Positions 1 to 10,395 of a stretch of DNA of 64,000 nt are shown one piece after another. This DNA comes from Campylobacterales bacterium (GTDB lineage Bacteria > Campylobacterota > Campylobacteria > Campylobacterales > QNZT01). Every line of letters begins with the position of its first letter. The first letter of the stretch is position 1. Under the pieces are notes generated by a model. It saw only the letters and a list, made by a program, of their open reading frames with translations, searched no databases and had not been told where the DNA came from. The DNA lies in contig JALWLO010000025.1 in assembly GCA_027084135.1 (NCBI GenBank), positions 3,026-67,025 on the forward strand, written 5' to 3'. Made by a program: the position numbers and the translations under genes.

Positions 1-828
1 ATAGAGAATAAAATCTACCAAAATAGATACTACTTCAAGCTTTTGGATAAAAGTGCCTCTCTTCCGCATCTAACGATCACCGCAACTAATCAAAATCAAG
101 ATCGCTCTCAAGAGACGATTGAGGCAAAACCGATCAATATCATCGAGTTGAAGAGTGATGAATACTTTTGCAATGTGATCGCTTCCAAGTTTGAGATATT
201 GAGCCACCATGAAAAGCGTTATGATGAGAAGCAAAATATCGTGCTACTTGAGATCAATGCCTCTATGTCAAACCTAGAGGATATGCATCTTGGTTACGCC
301 AATCGAGAGGCGCTCGATAAGTTCGAAGATAGACTTGATAGTCAAAGTATCTACTATGTGGCTATCATACCGAACTATCTCAAAGAGTTCAAGTTCAAAT
401 ACTTCAATCAAACGCAAAATCAATTTGTAAGAGTAAAATTTCCGATCATCATCGCTGACCAATCTATCTCTACTCAAACAAATCTCAATCCTAAAAAGAG
501 TAAATATTATACCTATAAGATAGCGATATTATTTGCTATAGCGTTAGTACTATTTTTGATATTTTTGAGATACCGATCTATCCTTGCACTACTTCTTGCG
601 CTTGGACTCTTGATCTGGACAGTTTATACCAAAGTTTTAACACAAAGTGTGGTGCTTAAAGAGGGAACGAAGATCAGGATACTTCCTGTGGAAAATTCGA
701 CCATATTTTATAAAAATGCTCAAGTGGTCAAGGTTAAAGTACTTCATAAAAAGAGAGGCTATTTGAAGGTAATCTTACCAAACCAAAAGATAGGATGGGT
801 AAAAGAGGATGATATTGCAAAGAATTAA
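1..828 (+). CDS. Hypothetical membrane protein with C-terminal SH3-like tail; probably 5'-partial
   Basis: Frame 1 is open from nt 1, with no stop before the TTG at 43. Two hydrophobic helices (YKIAILFAIALVLFLIFL, ILALLLALGLLIWTVY) are followed by a KIGWVKEDDI-type bacterial SH3-like end. Overlaps the plsC start. Confidence 0.5.
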   Translation: MENKIYQNRYYFKLLDKSASLPHLTITATNQNQDRSQETIEAKPINIIELKSDEYFCNVIASKFEILSHHEKRYDEKQNIVLLEINASMSNLEDMHLGYANREALDKFEDRLDSQSIYYVAIIPNYLKEFKFKYFNQTQNQFVRVKFPIIIADQSISTQTNLNPKKSKYYTYKIAILFAIALVLFLIFLRYRSILALLLALGLLIWTVYTKVLTQSVVLKEGTKIRILPVENSTIFYKNAQVVKVKVLHKKRGYLKVILPNQKIGWVKEDDIAKN

Positions 829-1504
829 AGCTTTATATGTGGTGATAGAGTTTGTTTTAACCGTATCTATCATTATTGTATTGATGTATATATTTAATCG
901 ATACCACCGCCAAATTAGGCGATTTTGGGCGAAGATGCAGTCAAAACTTATCGGTTACAAAATAGTCGTAAAGGGCGAGATTGATCCAAAAGCGCAGATG
1001 CTTATCATGAATCACCAAAGTCTTTTAGATATCGTAGTGCTAGAGGATATCTATCCGGGAGATATCGCGTGGGTAGCGAAAAAAGAGATAGAGAAGATAC
1101 CCTTTTTCGGACATATTTTAAAAGCACCGAAGATGATATCGATTGAGAGGGAAGATAGAAAGTCTCTCATTAAACTTCTAAAAATAGCTAGGAAGAGGAT
1201 TGAAGAGGGGAGAGTGATCGGTATCTTTCCAGAAGGTACCAGAAGTGATGGTAAGCATATCAAAAGATTTAAAAGTGGTGCGAAGGTGATCGCTCAAAAG
1301 TTAGATCTAAGAGTTCAACCTGTAGTTATCGTCAATACGAGAGAGATACTTGACTCACAGCATTTGAAAGCTTCAAGCGGAACGGTTGTCGTTCGATTTT
1401 TAGATGCAGTTGAGCCGATAGCGGATGAAGAGTGGTATCAAGAGATAGAAAAGAGGATGAGAGAGGCTCTATCAGAGGAGCTTGAGGCGTTGAAAGCAAC
1501 CTAG
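809..1504 (+). CDS. plsC: 1-acyl-sn-glycerol-3-phosphate acyltransferase
   Basis: N-terminal TM helix, HX4D motif (NHQSLLD) and FPEGTRS motif typical of the PlsC/LPLAT family. Confidence 0.85.
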   Translation: MILQRIKALYVVIEFVLTVSIIIVLMYIFNRYHRQIRRFWAKMQSKLIGYKIVVKGEIDPKAQMLIMNHQSLLDIVVLEDIYPGDIAWVAKKEIEKIPFFGHILKAPKMISIEREDRKSLIKLLKIARKRIEEGRVIGIFPEGTRSDGKHIKRFKSGAKVIAQKLDLRVQPVVIVNTREILDSQHLKASSGTVVVRFLDAVEPIADEEWYQEIEKRMREALSEELEALKAT

Positions 1505-1570
1505 GTTGCATTCGTTGCTTAGGCTATTTTGATAGAATATCATCAAAAACTATCCTAAAGGAGTCTATAG

Positions 1571-3391
1571 ATGTCAAAATATGAGTTTCAAACGGAAGTG
1601 AGCGATCTTCTAAATTTGATGATACACTCACTCTATTCAAATAGAGAGATATTCTTAAGAGAGCTCATATCAAATGCTTCCGATGCACTCGATAAATTTA
1701 AATATCTAACACTAACAGATGATAAATTTAAATCTACCACATTTGATCCCAAAATAATTATCGAAATTGATAAGGATAAAAAGCTTTTAACCGTCTCAGA
1801 TAATGGTATAGGTATGGATGAAGAGGATCTCATAAAAAATCTCGGAACTATAGCCAAAAGCGGTACCAAATCTTTCCTTGAATCTCTAAAAAAGGAGCAA
1901 AAAGAGGGTACAGAGCTTATCGGTCAATTTGGTGTAGGTTTCTACTCAGCCTTTATGGTGGCTAAAAAGATAGAGGTTATCACAAAAAAGGCGAGTGAGG
2001 AGAAAGCTTATATCTGGAGTAGTACCGGAAAGAGCGACTTTAGCATCAAAGAGGGCGAAAGAGAGTCGCAGGGAACCAGCATCATCCTTCATCTAAAAAA
2101 AGATGCGGAGGAGTTTTTAGAGGAGTGGAGAATACGCTCTATTGTTGAGAAGTACTCAAATCACATCCAATTCCCAATATTCTTGAAAAAGGATGATAAA
2201 GAGGAGCAGATCAATAAAGCTTCAGCTCTGTGGAGACTCAATAAGAGTGAAATCAGCGATGAAGAGTACAAAGAGTTTTATAAAACGATCTCTCACGATA
2301 ATGATGACCCTCTCCTCTATATCCATACGCAAGCCGAAGGAACACTCACCTATACTACACTATTTTACATACCGAAAAATCCGCCGTACGATCTCTATAG
2401 AGTCGATTATCAGTCGGGGCTCAAGCTCTATGTCAAGAGGGTATTTATCACCGACGATGATAAAGAGCTGCTTCCTACCTATCTGAGATTTGTAAGAGGT
2501 ATCGTAGATGTAGAGGATATTCCGCTCAATGTCTCAAGAGAGATACTCCAACAAAATGTTATCCTCTCAAAGGTGAAAAAGGCTTCGGTGAAAAAGATAC
2601 TTAGTGAACTCAAAAAGCTAAAGAAAAAGGATAAAGAGAAGTACTTAGAGTTTTATAAAAACTTCGGAAAGGTACTCAAAGAGGGTATCATGAGCGAGTT
2701 TGACAATCGAGATGCCCTTTTAGATCTGATACTCTTTAAAACGACAAAAAGCGGTGATGATCTCATCGATTTTGAGACCTATAAGTCTAGGATGAAAGAG
2801 GATCAAAAGGAGATCTACTACCTCATAGGAGAAGATGAAAATCTACTCAAAAACTCACCGCTTCTTGAGGATTATAAAGAGAGAGATATTGAGGTAATAC
2901 TCTTTAGCGACGAGGTTGACTCTATCGTCGTTCCTCAAATAGGAAGCTATAAAGAGACTCCTCTTGTCGCTATCAACCATGCAAAGATAGATAGCGATAG
3001 CGAAGAGATCAAAAAGACTGAGGAGGAGTATAAGGAGATCATCCTCAAGATGAAGGAGCAGCTAAAAGATCAAGTCAAGGATGTCAAGGTATCACCGAGG
3101 CTCAAAAGTGCGCCAAGCTGTCTCATCTACGACAAAGATGATCCTGACTTTGCGATGATGGAGATGCTCAAACAGATGGGACAGACAAACTTACCGGAAG
3201 TCAAACCTATCCTTGAGATAAATCCGAACCATCCGATATTTAAGAAGATAAAAGAGAGTCAGGATTTTGTAAAACTGCAAAAGATTACACCGCTTATTTT
3301 GGATCTTGCAAAACTCAATGAGGGTATGAAGATAGAAGATAGTGTGGAGTTTACCAAAACGATCTCTGAGCTTATCGAAGAGAGCCTATGA
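1571..3391 (+). CDS. htpG: Molecular chaperone HtpG (Hsp90)
   Basis: 606 aa. GHKL ATPase motifs ELISNASDALDK, DNGIGM and GQFGVGFYS. ATG preceded by AAAGGAG. Confidence 0.97.
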   Translation: MSKYEFQTEVSDLLNLMIHSLYSNREIFLRELISNASDALDKFKYLTLTDDKFKSTTFDPKIIIEIDKDKKLLTVSDNGIGMDEEDLIKNLGTIAKSGTKSFLESLKKEQKEGTELIGQFGVGFYSAFMVAKKIEVITKKASEEKAYIWSSTGKSDFSIKEGERESQGTSIILHLKKDAEEFLEEWRIRSIVEKYSNHIQFPIFLKKDDKEEQINKASALWRLNKSEISDEEYKEFYKTISHDNDDPLLYIHTQAEGTLTYTTLFYIPKNPPYDLYRVDYQSGLKLYVKRVFITDDDKELLPTYLRFVRGIVDVEDIPLNVSREILQQNVILSKVKKASVKKILSELKKLKKKDKEKYLEFYKNFGKVLKEGIMSEFDNRDALLDLILFKTTKSGDDLIDFETYKSRMKEDQKEIYYLIGEDENLLKNSPLLEDYKERDIEVILFSDEVDSIVVPQIGSYKETPLVAINHAKIDSDSEEIKKTEEEYKEIILKMKEQLKDQVKDVKVSPRLKSAPSCLIYDKDDPDFAMMEMLKQMGQTNLPEVKPILEINPNHPIFKKIKESQDFVKLQKITPLILDLAKLNEGMKIEDSVEFTKTISELIEESL

Positions 3392-3825
3392 GATTAGCTC
3401 TCTTCTCCTTAGTACTAACTGTAATTTTAAATGCACAACTCTATGAGATAAACCGGTTAGAGAGTACGTTATTTTCCAAAAAGAGTTTGGATTTAAAGTC
3501 TGTAACACTCTCTTTAGTACTAGAGGGGGGCGATCTTGTTGTCAATCAACTAAAGATCCAAGATGCGCTAAACATCCTCATCTCCAGCTACTATGTCGAA
3601 GATCTGATGACATCTAAAGGAAAAGAGTCATTTAAAGAGTCACTGATAAAATTTATCAAAGAGAAGTACCATATCCATCTCTCCAACATCTACTTCAAAG
3701 AGCTAAGGCTAACCAATCCTCCCATAGAGATCGATGAACTGATCGAACGACTTAAACGCGAAGGCTGTTGCCAAGGTAAGAGTAAAATAAAAGATCTTTT
3801 TAATCAAACTAAAAATCCTCAATAG
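3388..3825 (+). CDS. FliL-like (flagellar basal-body-associated family) small membrane protein
   Basis: N-terminal TM helix. The core (TSKGKESFKESLIKFIKEKY...NIYFKELRL) matches the pattern I recall for Campylobacter FliL (TQKGKERLKDEIVGKINEIL...NVYFTDFVV). The ATGA overlap with the htpG stop suggests translational coupling. Confidence 0.45.
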   Translation: MRLALFSLVLTVILNAQLYEINRLESTLFSKKSLDLKSVTLSLVLEGGDLVVNQLKIQDALNILISSYYVEDLMTSKGKESFKESLIKFIKEKYHIHLSNIYFKELRLTNPPIEIDELIERLKREGCCQGKSKIKDLFNQTKNPQ

Positions 3826-3881
3826 GCTAAATATTATCTAAATTGGTTATAATTATGACAATTTTTTTAAGGAATTAGGAT

Positions 3882-5579
3882 ATGGAGTTAAACGGTTCAC
3901 AGATGATTTTAGAAGCCCTCAAAGCTGAGGGTGTCAAGGTCGCATTTGGTTATCCGGGCGGCGCTATCATGAATGTATATGATGAGATCTATAAATATAA
4001 CTTCAAACATATTTTAACACGCCATGAACAAGCCGCTGTTCATGCGGCTGATGGGTATGCCAGAGCAACAGGTGAGGTCGGTGTGGCGCTTGTTACCAGC
4101 GGTCCAGGATTTACAAATGCCGTAACAGGTATCGCAACAGCTTTTACGGACTCTATACCGCTTGTTGTGATCTCCGGACAGGTACCGACCTCTCTCATAG
4201 GTACTGATGCTTTTCAAGAGATCGATGCCGTCGGGATCAGCAGACCGTGTACTAAACACAACTATCTCGTAAAGTCTATCGAAGAGTTGCCAAGGGTCTT
4301 GAAAGAGGCGTTCTATATCGCAAGAAGCGGTAGAAGCGGACCGGTGCATATCGATATACCGAAGGATGTAACCGCTGCCGTCGGTGAGTTCAACTATCCG
4401 GATGATATAACCCTAGAGACATACAAACCCACTTACAAAGGTTCCCCTAGGCAGATCAAAAGAGCGATAGAAGCGATCAAGGAGGCGAAAAAACCTATCC
4501 TCTATCTTGGAGGAGGTCTTGTACTTTCAAACTCCGCTAATGAACTGAGAGAGTTTATGGAGCTTACTGAGATACCTGCTGTTGAGACATTGATGGCAAG
4601 AGGTGTCGTAGGTGCGGATAATCCGCTTCTACTTGGCATGGTAGGTATGCACGGTAACTACGCCTCAAATATGGCGATGAGCGAAGCGGATTTGATGATA
4701 GCTTTTGGTCCAAGATTTGACGATAGGGTTACGGGTAGGCTAGATGAATTTGCGAAGCACGCAAAGATCATCCATGTCGACATCGATCCAAGTAGCATAG
4801 GAAAGTTAGTACACACAGATTATCCGATCGTCGGTGATCTCAAAAATGTCCTCAAAGAGATGAATGCGATACTCAAAGAGAAGGGATTTAACAAAGAGAG
4901 ACTCAAAAGCTGGAGAGAGCTTCTCAGAAGATATGATGAAGTGCATCCTCTCTCTTATGAGAAAGATAGCAAAGTGATTAAACCGCAATGGGTGATAGAG
5001 AGAGTAGGGGAGTTGGTCGGTGATAATGCGATTATCTCTACTGATGTGGGTCAGCATCAGATGTGGACCGCTCAATTTTATCCCTTTGATAGACCGAGAC
5101 AGTTTATCACAAGCGGTGGACTCGGCACGATGGGCTTCGGTTTTCCGGCTGCCATCGGCGCTAAAATAGCCAAAAAAGAGAATATCGTGATCAATATCAG
5201 CGGTGACGGTTCGATCTTGATGAATATCCAAGAGTTGATGACTGCGGTAGAGTATGATGTTCCGGTTATCAATATCATACTCAACAACAACTATCTCGGC
5301 ATGGTGAGACAGTGGCAAACATTTTTCTATGAGAAGAGATATGCCGAAACAGACCTCTCTATGCAGCCCAATTTTGTAAAACTAGCTGAGAGTTTCGGAG
5401 GAGTAGGATATAGAGTCGAAAACCAAGAGGAGTTTGATAAGGCGCTAAAAGATGCTATCGAGCAACAAAAGGTTGCTATGATAGATGTCGTCGTCGATAG
5501 ATATGAGAATGTTCTTCCGATGGTTCCAAGCGGCGGAACACTTTATAATATGTTACTTGAGTTTAAGGATAACAAATGA
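3882..5579 (+). CDS. ilvB: Acetolactate synthase (acetohydroxyacid synthase) large subunit
   Basis: 565 aa. ThDP-enzyme motifs (GYPGGAIM, GGLGTMGFGFPAAIGA, GDGSILMNIQEL). Followed by the small subunit with an overlapping stop/start. Confidence 0.93.
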   Translation: MELNGSQMILEALKAEGVKVAFGYPGGAIMNVYDEIYKYNFKHILTRHEQAAVHAADGYARATGEVGVALVTSGPGFTNAVTGIATAFTDSIPLVVISGQVPTSLIGTDAFQEIDAVGISRPCTKHNYLVKSIEELPRVLKEAFYIARSGRSGPVHIDIPKDVTAAVGEFNYPDDITLETYKPTYKGSPRQIKRAIEAIKEAKKPILYLGGGLVLSNSANELREFMELTEIPAVETLMARGVVGADNPLLLGMVGMHGNYASNMAMSEADLMIAFGPRFDDRVTGRLDEFAKHAKIIHVDIDPSSIGKLVHTDYPIVGDLKNVLKEMNAILKEKGFNKERLKSWRELLRRYDEVHPLSYEKDSKVIKPQWVIERVGELVGDNAIISTDVGQHQMWTAQFYPFDRPRQFITSGGLGTMGFGFPAAIGAKIAKKENIVINISGDGSILMNIQELMTAVEYDVPVINIILNNNYLGMVRQWQTFFYEKRYAETDLSMQPNFVKLAESFGGVGYRVENQEEFDKALKDAIEQQKVAMIDVVVDRYENVLPMVPSGGTLYNMLLEFKDNK

Positions 5580-6052
5580 GCAAAGAGGTAAGAAAAGTAC
5601 TATCTGTTATTGTAAAAAATGAGCATGGAGTTCTATCAAGGATCTCAAACCTCTTTACGGCAAGGGGATACAATATCGAGTCACTCACAGTCGCTCCTAT
5701 ACCAAATAGTGATTTTTCAAGATTTACGATCGTTACAAAAGGAAGCGAGAGAGTCTTGGAGCAGATCGTCAAACAGTTGCATAAGTTGATCCCTACCTAT
5801 AAGGTTATCGAAAACCAAAATGTGGTGGAAAAAGAGATGTTGCTTGTAAAGATTCCATTAAATACAAACTTAAGCGGACTCGATGCGATACTCAAAGGGT
5901 ATAACGGCATCGTTGCCAACTCAACCTCAGATAGCTTGATATTGATGGCGGTTGATGATGCTAAAAGGATAGAGAACTTCACCAAAGTGATACAGAAATT
6001 TAACCCTACGGAGATCGTAAGAGGCGGTTCGGTATCGATGGAGATCTCATGA
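5576..6052 (+). CDS. ilvN: Acetolactate synthase small (regulatory, ACT-domain) subunit
   Basis: 158 aa. ACT-domain N-terminus [32 protein letters not shown]. 4-nt overlap with ilvB. Confidence 0.92.
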   Translation: MSKEVRKVLSVIVKNEHGVLSRISNLFTARGYNIESLTVAPIPNSDFSRFTIVTKGSERVLEQIVKQLHKLIPTYKVIENQNVVEKEMLLVKIPLNTNLSGLDAILKGYNGIVANSTSDSLILMAVDDAKRIENFTKVIQKFNPTEIVRGGSVSMEIS

Positions 6053-7002
6053 GAGTGGGTAAGCTTGCAGATGAGCTTGGCATAGCATATGAGGGAGATG
6101 ATTTTGAGATTAGCTCGATAAATACGCTATCTGCCGCAAAGCGTGATGAGATCAGCTTCTTTGACAATAAAAAGTATAAGGATGAGTTGAAAGAGACAAA
6201 TGCTGGAGCCGTCTTTATCGCTAAGGCGTTTATTGGTCTTCTGCCAAAGGGAGTCGGAGCCTTAATCAGTGAAGAGCCCTACCTCTCGATGGCAAGGGCT
6301 ACGAAATATTTTGCAAAAGATATCGTTAGAGAAGGAGCAAAGCCGACTATCGATGAGAGTGCCTATATCGCTGATGGTGTTCATATAGGAAAAAATTCAA
6401 AGATCTCAAAAAATGTCACCATCTTAAGTAACGCTGTTATCGGTGATGATGTCCTCATAGGGGAGGGTAGTACGATCTATCCCAATGTCACGATCTATAA
6501 TGATACTATTATAGGTAAAAATGTTACAATTCACGCTGGAGCTGTCATAGGAAGCGACGGTTTCGGATATGCACATGCACAAGAGGGTGAGCATATCAAG
6601 ATCTACCATAATGGTAGGGTGGTCATAGAGGATGATGTAGAGATAGGTGCAAATACAACCGTAGATAGAGCGGTTTTTGGAGAGACGAGGATAAGAGAGG
6701 GAAGCAAGATAGATAACCTCGTACAAATAGGGCATAACTGCGATATCGGTGCGAGAAGTATCATCGTCTCTCAAGTCGGCATTTCAGGCTCAAGCACGCT
6801 TGGTAGAAATGTCGTCATGGGCGGTCAAAGTGCAACCGCCGGTCACCTAACGATAGGAGACGGAGCCACCATAGCGGCAAGAGGAGGTGTCACAAAGAGC
6901 ATCGAGGGAGGTAAAGTTTATAGCGGATTTCCGCTGATGCTCCATAGTGACTGGTTAAAGTTGCAAGCAAAACTATCAAAATTTTTAAAAAAGGGGTCAT
7001 GA
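6049..7002 (+). CDS. lpxD: UDP-3-O-acylglucosamine N-acyltransferase
   Basis: 317 aa. Long left-handed beta-helix hexapeptide repeats, and an N-terminal LpxD-type domain (ISFFDNKKY). Confidence 0.9.
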   Translation: MRVGKLADELGIAYEGDDFEISSINTLSAAKRDEISFFDNKKYKDELKETNAGAVFIAKAFIGLLPKGVGALISEEPYLSMARATKYFAKDIVREGAKPTIDESAYIADGVHIGKNSKISKNVTILSNAVIGDDVLIGEGSTIYPNVTIYNDTIIGKNVTIHAGAVIGSDGFGYAHAQEGEHIKIYHNGRVVIEDDVEIGANTTVDRAVFGETRIREGSKIDNLVQIGHNCDIGARSIIVSQVGISGSSTLGRNVVMGGQSATAGHLTIGDGATIAARGGVTKSIEGGKVYSGFPLMLHSDWLKLQAKLSKFLKKGS

Positions 7003-7239
7003 ATGTCAAAAGAGTCAAAAGTGTTGAAAACTTTTAAATTAGCCGGTACGAAAAACGGTACTATCTCAGTTTCACACATCAGTGAGCCGTACGGCGAGGA
7101 TAGTAAACCGGTCGTGAGTATCGGAATATCGTTAAAAGGTGATATCAACGAGCCCGATTGGAAGGCTCATATACCGTATGAGAATATTGACGACCTCATA
7201 GAGGCGCTCAAAGAGGCGAAAAGCCAAAATATGGGCTAA
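7003..7239 (+). CDS. Small hypothetical protein (78 aa)
   Basis: ATG directly abuts the lpxD TGA (tgaATG). No recognisable motif. Retained only because of tight coupling and non-repetitive composition. Confidence 0.4.
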   Translation: MSKESKVLKTFKLAGTKNGTISVSHISEPYGEDSKPVVSIGISLKGDINEPDWKAHIPYENIDDLIEALKEAKSQNMG

Positions 7240-7267
7240 TTGTAGATTAAGCATTTTTAGATACAAT
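7240..7267 (+). promoter_or_regulatory. Candidate sigma70-type promoter of the rpmH-rnpA-yidD-yidC-jag-mnmE operon
   Basis: TTGTAG (7240-7245), 16-nt spacer, TACAAT (7262-7267). AAAGGG Shine-Dalgarno at 7285-7290 ahead of rpmH. Confidence 0.4.
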
Positions 7268-7296
7268 TGCCAACCAAAAATAGTAAAGGGTAAATG

Positions 7297-7431
7297 ATGA
7301 AAAGAACTTATCAACCACACAATACACCGAGAAAGAGAACACATGGCTTTCGCGCAAGAATGAAAACGAAAAACGGAAGAAGAGTGATCAAAGCTAGAAG
7401 AGCGAAGGGTAGAAAGAGATTAGCCGTTTAA
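7297..7431 (+). CDS. rpmH: 50S ribosomal protein L34
   Basis: Translates to [44 protein letters not shown] (44 aa). Absent from the ORF track because it is under 60 aa. Confidence 0.95.
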   Translation: MKRTYQPHNTPRKRTHGFRARMKTKNGRRVIKARRAKGRKRLAV

Positions 7432-7769
7432 AGAGCTTCAACTCGCTAAAAAGCAACAGCGAGTTTAGAAAAATCTACAATAGTGCAAAGAAGGTCCATA
7501 CAAAGGGCTTTCTACTCTTTTATAAAGATTCACCCAAAAGATTGGTAGGCTGGACAGCCAGTAAAAAAGTGGGCAACTCCGTTACAAGAAATCGATCTAA
7601 AAGAAGATTGAAAGCTCTCTTTGTAGAATTTCACAACAACTTAAAACCAGGTACTTATATATTGGTCATCAAAAAAGAGATCACGACAATACCCTACACG
7701 GCACTTAAAAAAGATCTCAAATATGCCCTAAAAAAGGTGGGTGCGCTCGATGAAAACAGTTATCACTAA
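7419..7769 (+). CDS. rnpA: Ribonuclease P protein component (start codon uncertain, probably ATT at 7419)
   Basis: Conserved [22 protein letters not shown] motif. Homologous N-terminal sequence ([26 protein letters not shown]) lies upstream of the track's TTG at 7542, and the frame opens only after a TAG at 7410-7412. Confidence 0.85.
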   Translation: MSRLKSFNSLKSNSEFRKIYNSAKKVHTKGFLLFYKDSPKRLVGWTASKKVGNSVTRNRSKRRLKALFVEFHNNLKPGTYILVIKKEITTIPYTALKKDLKYALKKVGALDENSYH

Positions 7770-8109
7770 AGCCATAATAGAACTCATAAACTTTTATCAA
7801 AACTATATCTCAAAATATACCAAAAGTAGTTGCAGATACTATCCGACATGTTCAGAGTATGCAAAGTGGCAATTTGAAGCAAATCATCCCCTCAAGGCAC
7901 TCCTTTTTTCACTCAAAAGAGTCTTGAGCTGCAACCCCTTTTTTGAAGGTGGGTTTGATTATCCTATTGTAAAAAAGAGCTTAAAAAGGAAATATATTTG
8001 CTCCCATAATCAACACCAAAACCTTTTTTTAGTAAAATTCTTTCTTATTCAAAAAGATAAGGATAGATTCTATCTCATAAAAAATCAAACGACTAAGGAT
8101 GAACATTGA
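7741..8109 (+). CDS. yidD: Membrane protein insertion efficiency factor YidD
   Basis: CRYYPTCSEYA signature. The real start may be the ATG at 7750. Carries a basic C-terminal extension. Confidence 0.85.
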   Translation: MRSMKTVITKAIIELINFYQNYISKYTKSSCRYYPTCSEYAKWQFEANHPLKALLFSLKRVLSCNPFFEGGFDYPIVKKSLKRKYICSHNQHQNLFLVKFFLIQKDKDRFYLIKNQTTKDEH

Positions 8110-9710
8110 TAGATAAGATGAGTGAACAGCAACGACTATTTTTAGCAATAGCGATAAGTGCGATCTTTTTTGTAGTTTATAGCTATTTAGTACCGGCACC
8201 TATGACAAATGAAACAGATCTAAATAATAGTACTAAATATACAAACCAAAATATGGCAAACAGTGTCGCTTCATCAGCTGCTCAAACTGTAAATAGTGTG
8301 CATGCAACGACTAATGCACCTGTCACTACGCAGGCAAAAAATCTCACACAAATCGCAGAGGTAAAATCAAATAAATTTGCTCTAAAGATCGATTCTTTAG
8401 GAAGAATCAGCAGTTTCAAGGTCTTAATTGATAGATTTAAAAAGGGGGATGGCGAATATCCGGAACTTATCTCAAGAAAAAGCGCACTTAGACCTTTGGA
8501 GATACGATTTAGCGATGAGGCATTAAACAGAGAGGCTTTTGAGACCCCATACAGAGCAAATAGTGATTTTGTCGAGCTGACTGATAAGAGCAAAAGTATC
8601 AAGTTAGTACAAGAACTAAGCGCAGTAACCGTTACAAAAGATATCACATTTTATCCAAACGGCTCTTACACTATCAAAGTGACACTCTCAAAAGATCTTC
8701 CCTACTTTATCTCTCCGGGATTCAGACCAGATCAAGATGCGACCGCATATGTCTTTAAAGGGGTGCTTATAAAAAAGAGTGACGGCACTATAGAGATGAT
8801 AGAAGATGGCGATGCTCTAGGAACAGAGCGATTTCCTGCAAGTATGATTGTGAGTGCCAGTGATAGATACTACACAACTGCATTTTATAATTTTGATAAA
8901 AATCTTGATGTCTATATCCAAAAGGGCGCAAATGACAATCCTCTAGCATTTGTCAAAGGGGCTCAAAACTTTAGTACTAACGGATATATCGGTGCAAAAG
9001 ATTACGATATTTTGAGCGCTATCGATAAGCGATTGACAGATATCATAGAGTATGGGTTTTTCACCTTTATCGCTAAGCCGATATTTCTATTTTTAAAATA
9101 TGTCTATTCAGTAGTTGGAAACTGGGGTTGGGCGATCGTTATCATAACTATCATCATCCGACTCATTCTCTATCCGCTCACTTTTAAAGGTATGGCGAGT
9201 ATGAATAGGCTCAAAGAGCTCCAACCGAAGATCAAAGAGATACAGCAGAAGTATAAAGGCGATCCTCAAAAGATGAATGCCAAAATGATGGAGTTTTACA
9301 AGAAGCACAATGTCAATCCGATGGGCGGTTGTCTGCCGATGCTGATGCAGATCCCGATATTTTTTGCGATATACCGAGTCCTGTTAAATGCTGTCGAGTT
9401 AAAGCATGCGGCTTGGATACCGGGATGGATAGATGATCTCTCCGTGATGGATCCCTACTATATTTTGCCAATTTTAATGGGTGCGACAATGTTTTGGCAA
9501 CAAAAAATTACACCGACAAACTATACCGATCCAACGCAAGAGAAGATTATGAAGTTTCTTCCTATCATCTTTACCTTTTTCTTTATAACCTTTCCGGCGG
9601 GACTTACACTTTACTGGTTTGTCAACAACCTCTTTTCAGTGGCACAGCAATACTATGTAAACGCTATATTTGCAAAACAAAAGGCGATAAAAGATGGTAA
9701 AAAAAGTTGA
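8106..9710 (+). CDS. yidC: Membrane protein insertase YidC
   Basis: 534 aa. Large periplasmic domain followed by the conserved 60-kDa insertase core (GWAIVIITIIIRLILYPL, CLPMLMQIPIFFAIY, LTLYWFVNNLFS). Alternative ATG at 8118. Confidence 0.93.
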   Translation: MIDKMSEQQRLFLAIAISAIFFVVYSYLVPAPMTNETDLNNSTKYTNQNMANSVASSAAQTVNSVHATTNAPVTTQAKNLTQIAEVKSNKFALKIDSLGRISSFKVLIDRFKKGDGEYPELISRKSALRPLEIRFSDEALNREAFETPYRANSDFVELTDKSKSIKLVQELSAVTVTKDITFYPNGSYTIKVTLSKDLPYFISPGFRPDQDATAYVFKGVLIKKSDGTIEMIEDGDALGTERFPASMIVSASDRYYTTAFYNFDKNLDVYIQKGANDNPLAFVKGAQNFSTNGYIGAKDYDILSAIDKRLTDIIEYGFFTFIAKPIFLFLKYVYSVVGNWGWAIVIITIIIRLILYPLTFKGMASMNRLKELQPKIKEIQQKYKGDPQKMNAKMMEFYKKHNVNPMGGCLPMLMQIPIFFAIYRVLLNAVELKHAAWIPGWIDDLSVMDPYYILPILMGATMFWQQKITPTNYTDPTQEKIMKFLPIIFTFFFITFPAGLTLYWFVNNLFSVAQQYYVNAIFAKQKAIKDGKKS

Positions 9711-10395
9711 AGCGGAAACTTTAGAAGAGGCATATAAAAAGGCCTCTAGGGAGTTTGACTGCTCCGTTGTAGATCTTGAAATAGAGGTGGTGCAAGCCCC
9801 TTCAAGAGGAATCTTAGGGCTTTTTAAAAAGAGTGCCGTTATTTTAGTCAAGAGAAAAGGTGCAAAAGAGGAGAGTACGTCGGCTAAGAGAGAGAAGAGT
9901 TCGATAAAAAAAGAGAGAGTAGAGAGGCGCGCAGTTGATTTGAGTGAAATAGAGAAGGGTGTGAAAGAGCTTCTTGAGAGTAGTTGCTTTGAGATAGCAC
10001 TCAAAGAGATAAAAGCGTTAGATAACGGTGAGATCTATATCAAAATTGACGGTAAAGATGCGGCTCTTTTGATAGGTAAAGAGGGCTACCGATATAAAGC
10101 GCTCTCCTATCTTCTGCATAACTGGATCAAGATAAAGTATGATAGAAATATCTCTCTAGAGATCGGAGAGTTTCTCAAAAACCAAGATATGGTGATTGAG
10201 GAGTATATCCAAAACTTCAAACATAAAATCGAGGAGCAGGGTAGGGGACAGACGAAGCCGCTTGACGGGATACTCGTAAAACTGGCACTAGAGAAGTTAA
10301 GAGCACTCTATCCCGATAAATATGTTGCTATCAAAACCTTAAGAGACGGCAGGAAAGTAGTGACAGTGCAAGAGTTTAGGAGAAGTGAACCATAG
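9694..10395 (+). CDS. jag: Jag/KhpB-type RNA-binding protein (Jag_N + KH + R3H-like)
   Basis: Jag_N-like N-terminus (AETLEEAYKKASREFDCSVVDLEIEVV), KH-like GKDAALLIGKEGYRYKALSYLL. Conserved position between yidC and mnmE. Confidence 0.75.
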   Translation: MVKKVEAETLEEAYKKASREFDCSVVDLEIEVVQAPSRGILGLFKKSAVILVKRKGAKEESTSAKREKSSIKKERVERRAVDLSEIEKGVKELLESSCFEIALKEIKALDNGEIYIKIDGKDAALLIGKEGYRYKALSYLLHNWIKIKYDRNISLEIGEFLKNQDMVIEEYIQNFKHKIEEQGRGQTKPLDGILVKLALEKLRALYPDKYVAIKTLRDGRKVVTVQEFRRSEP

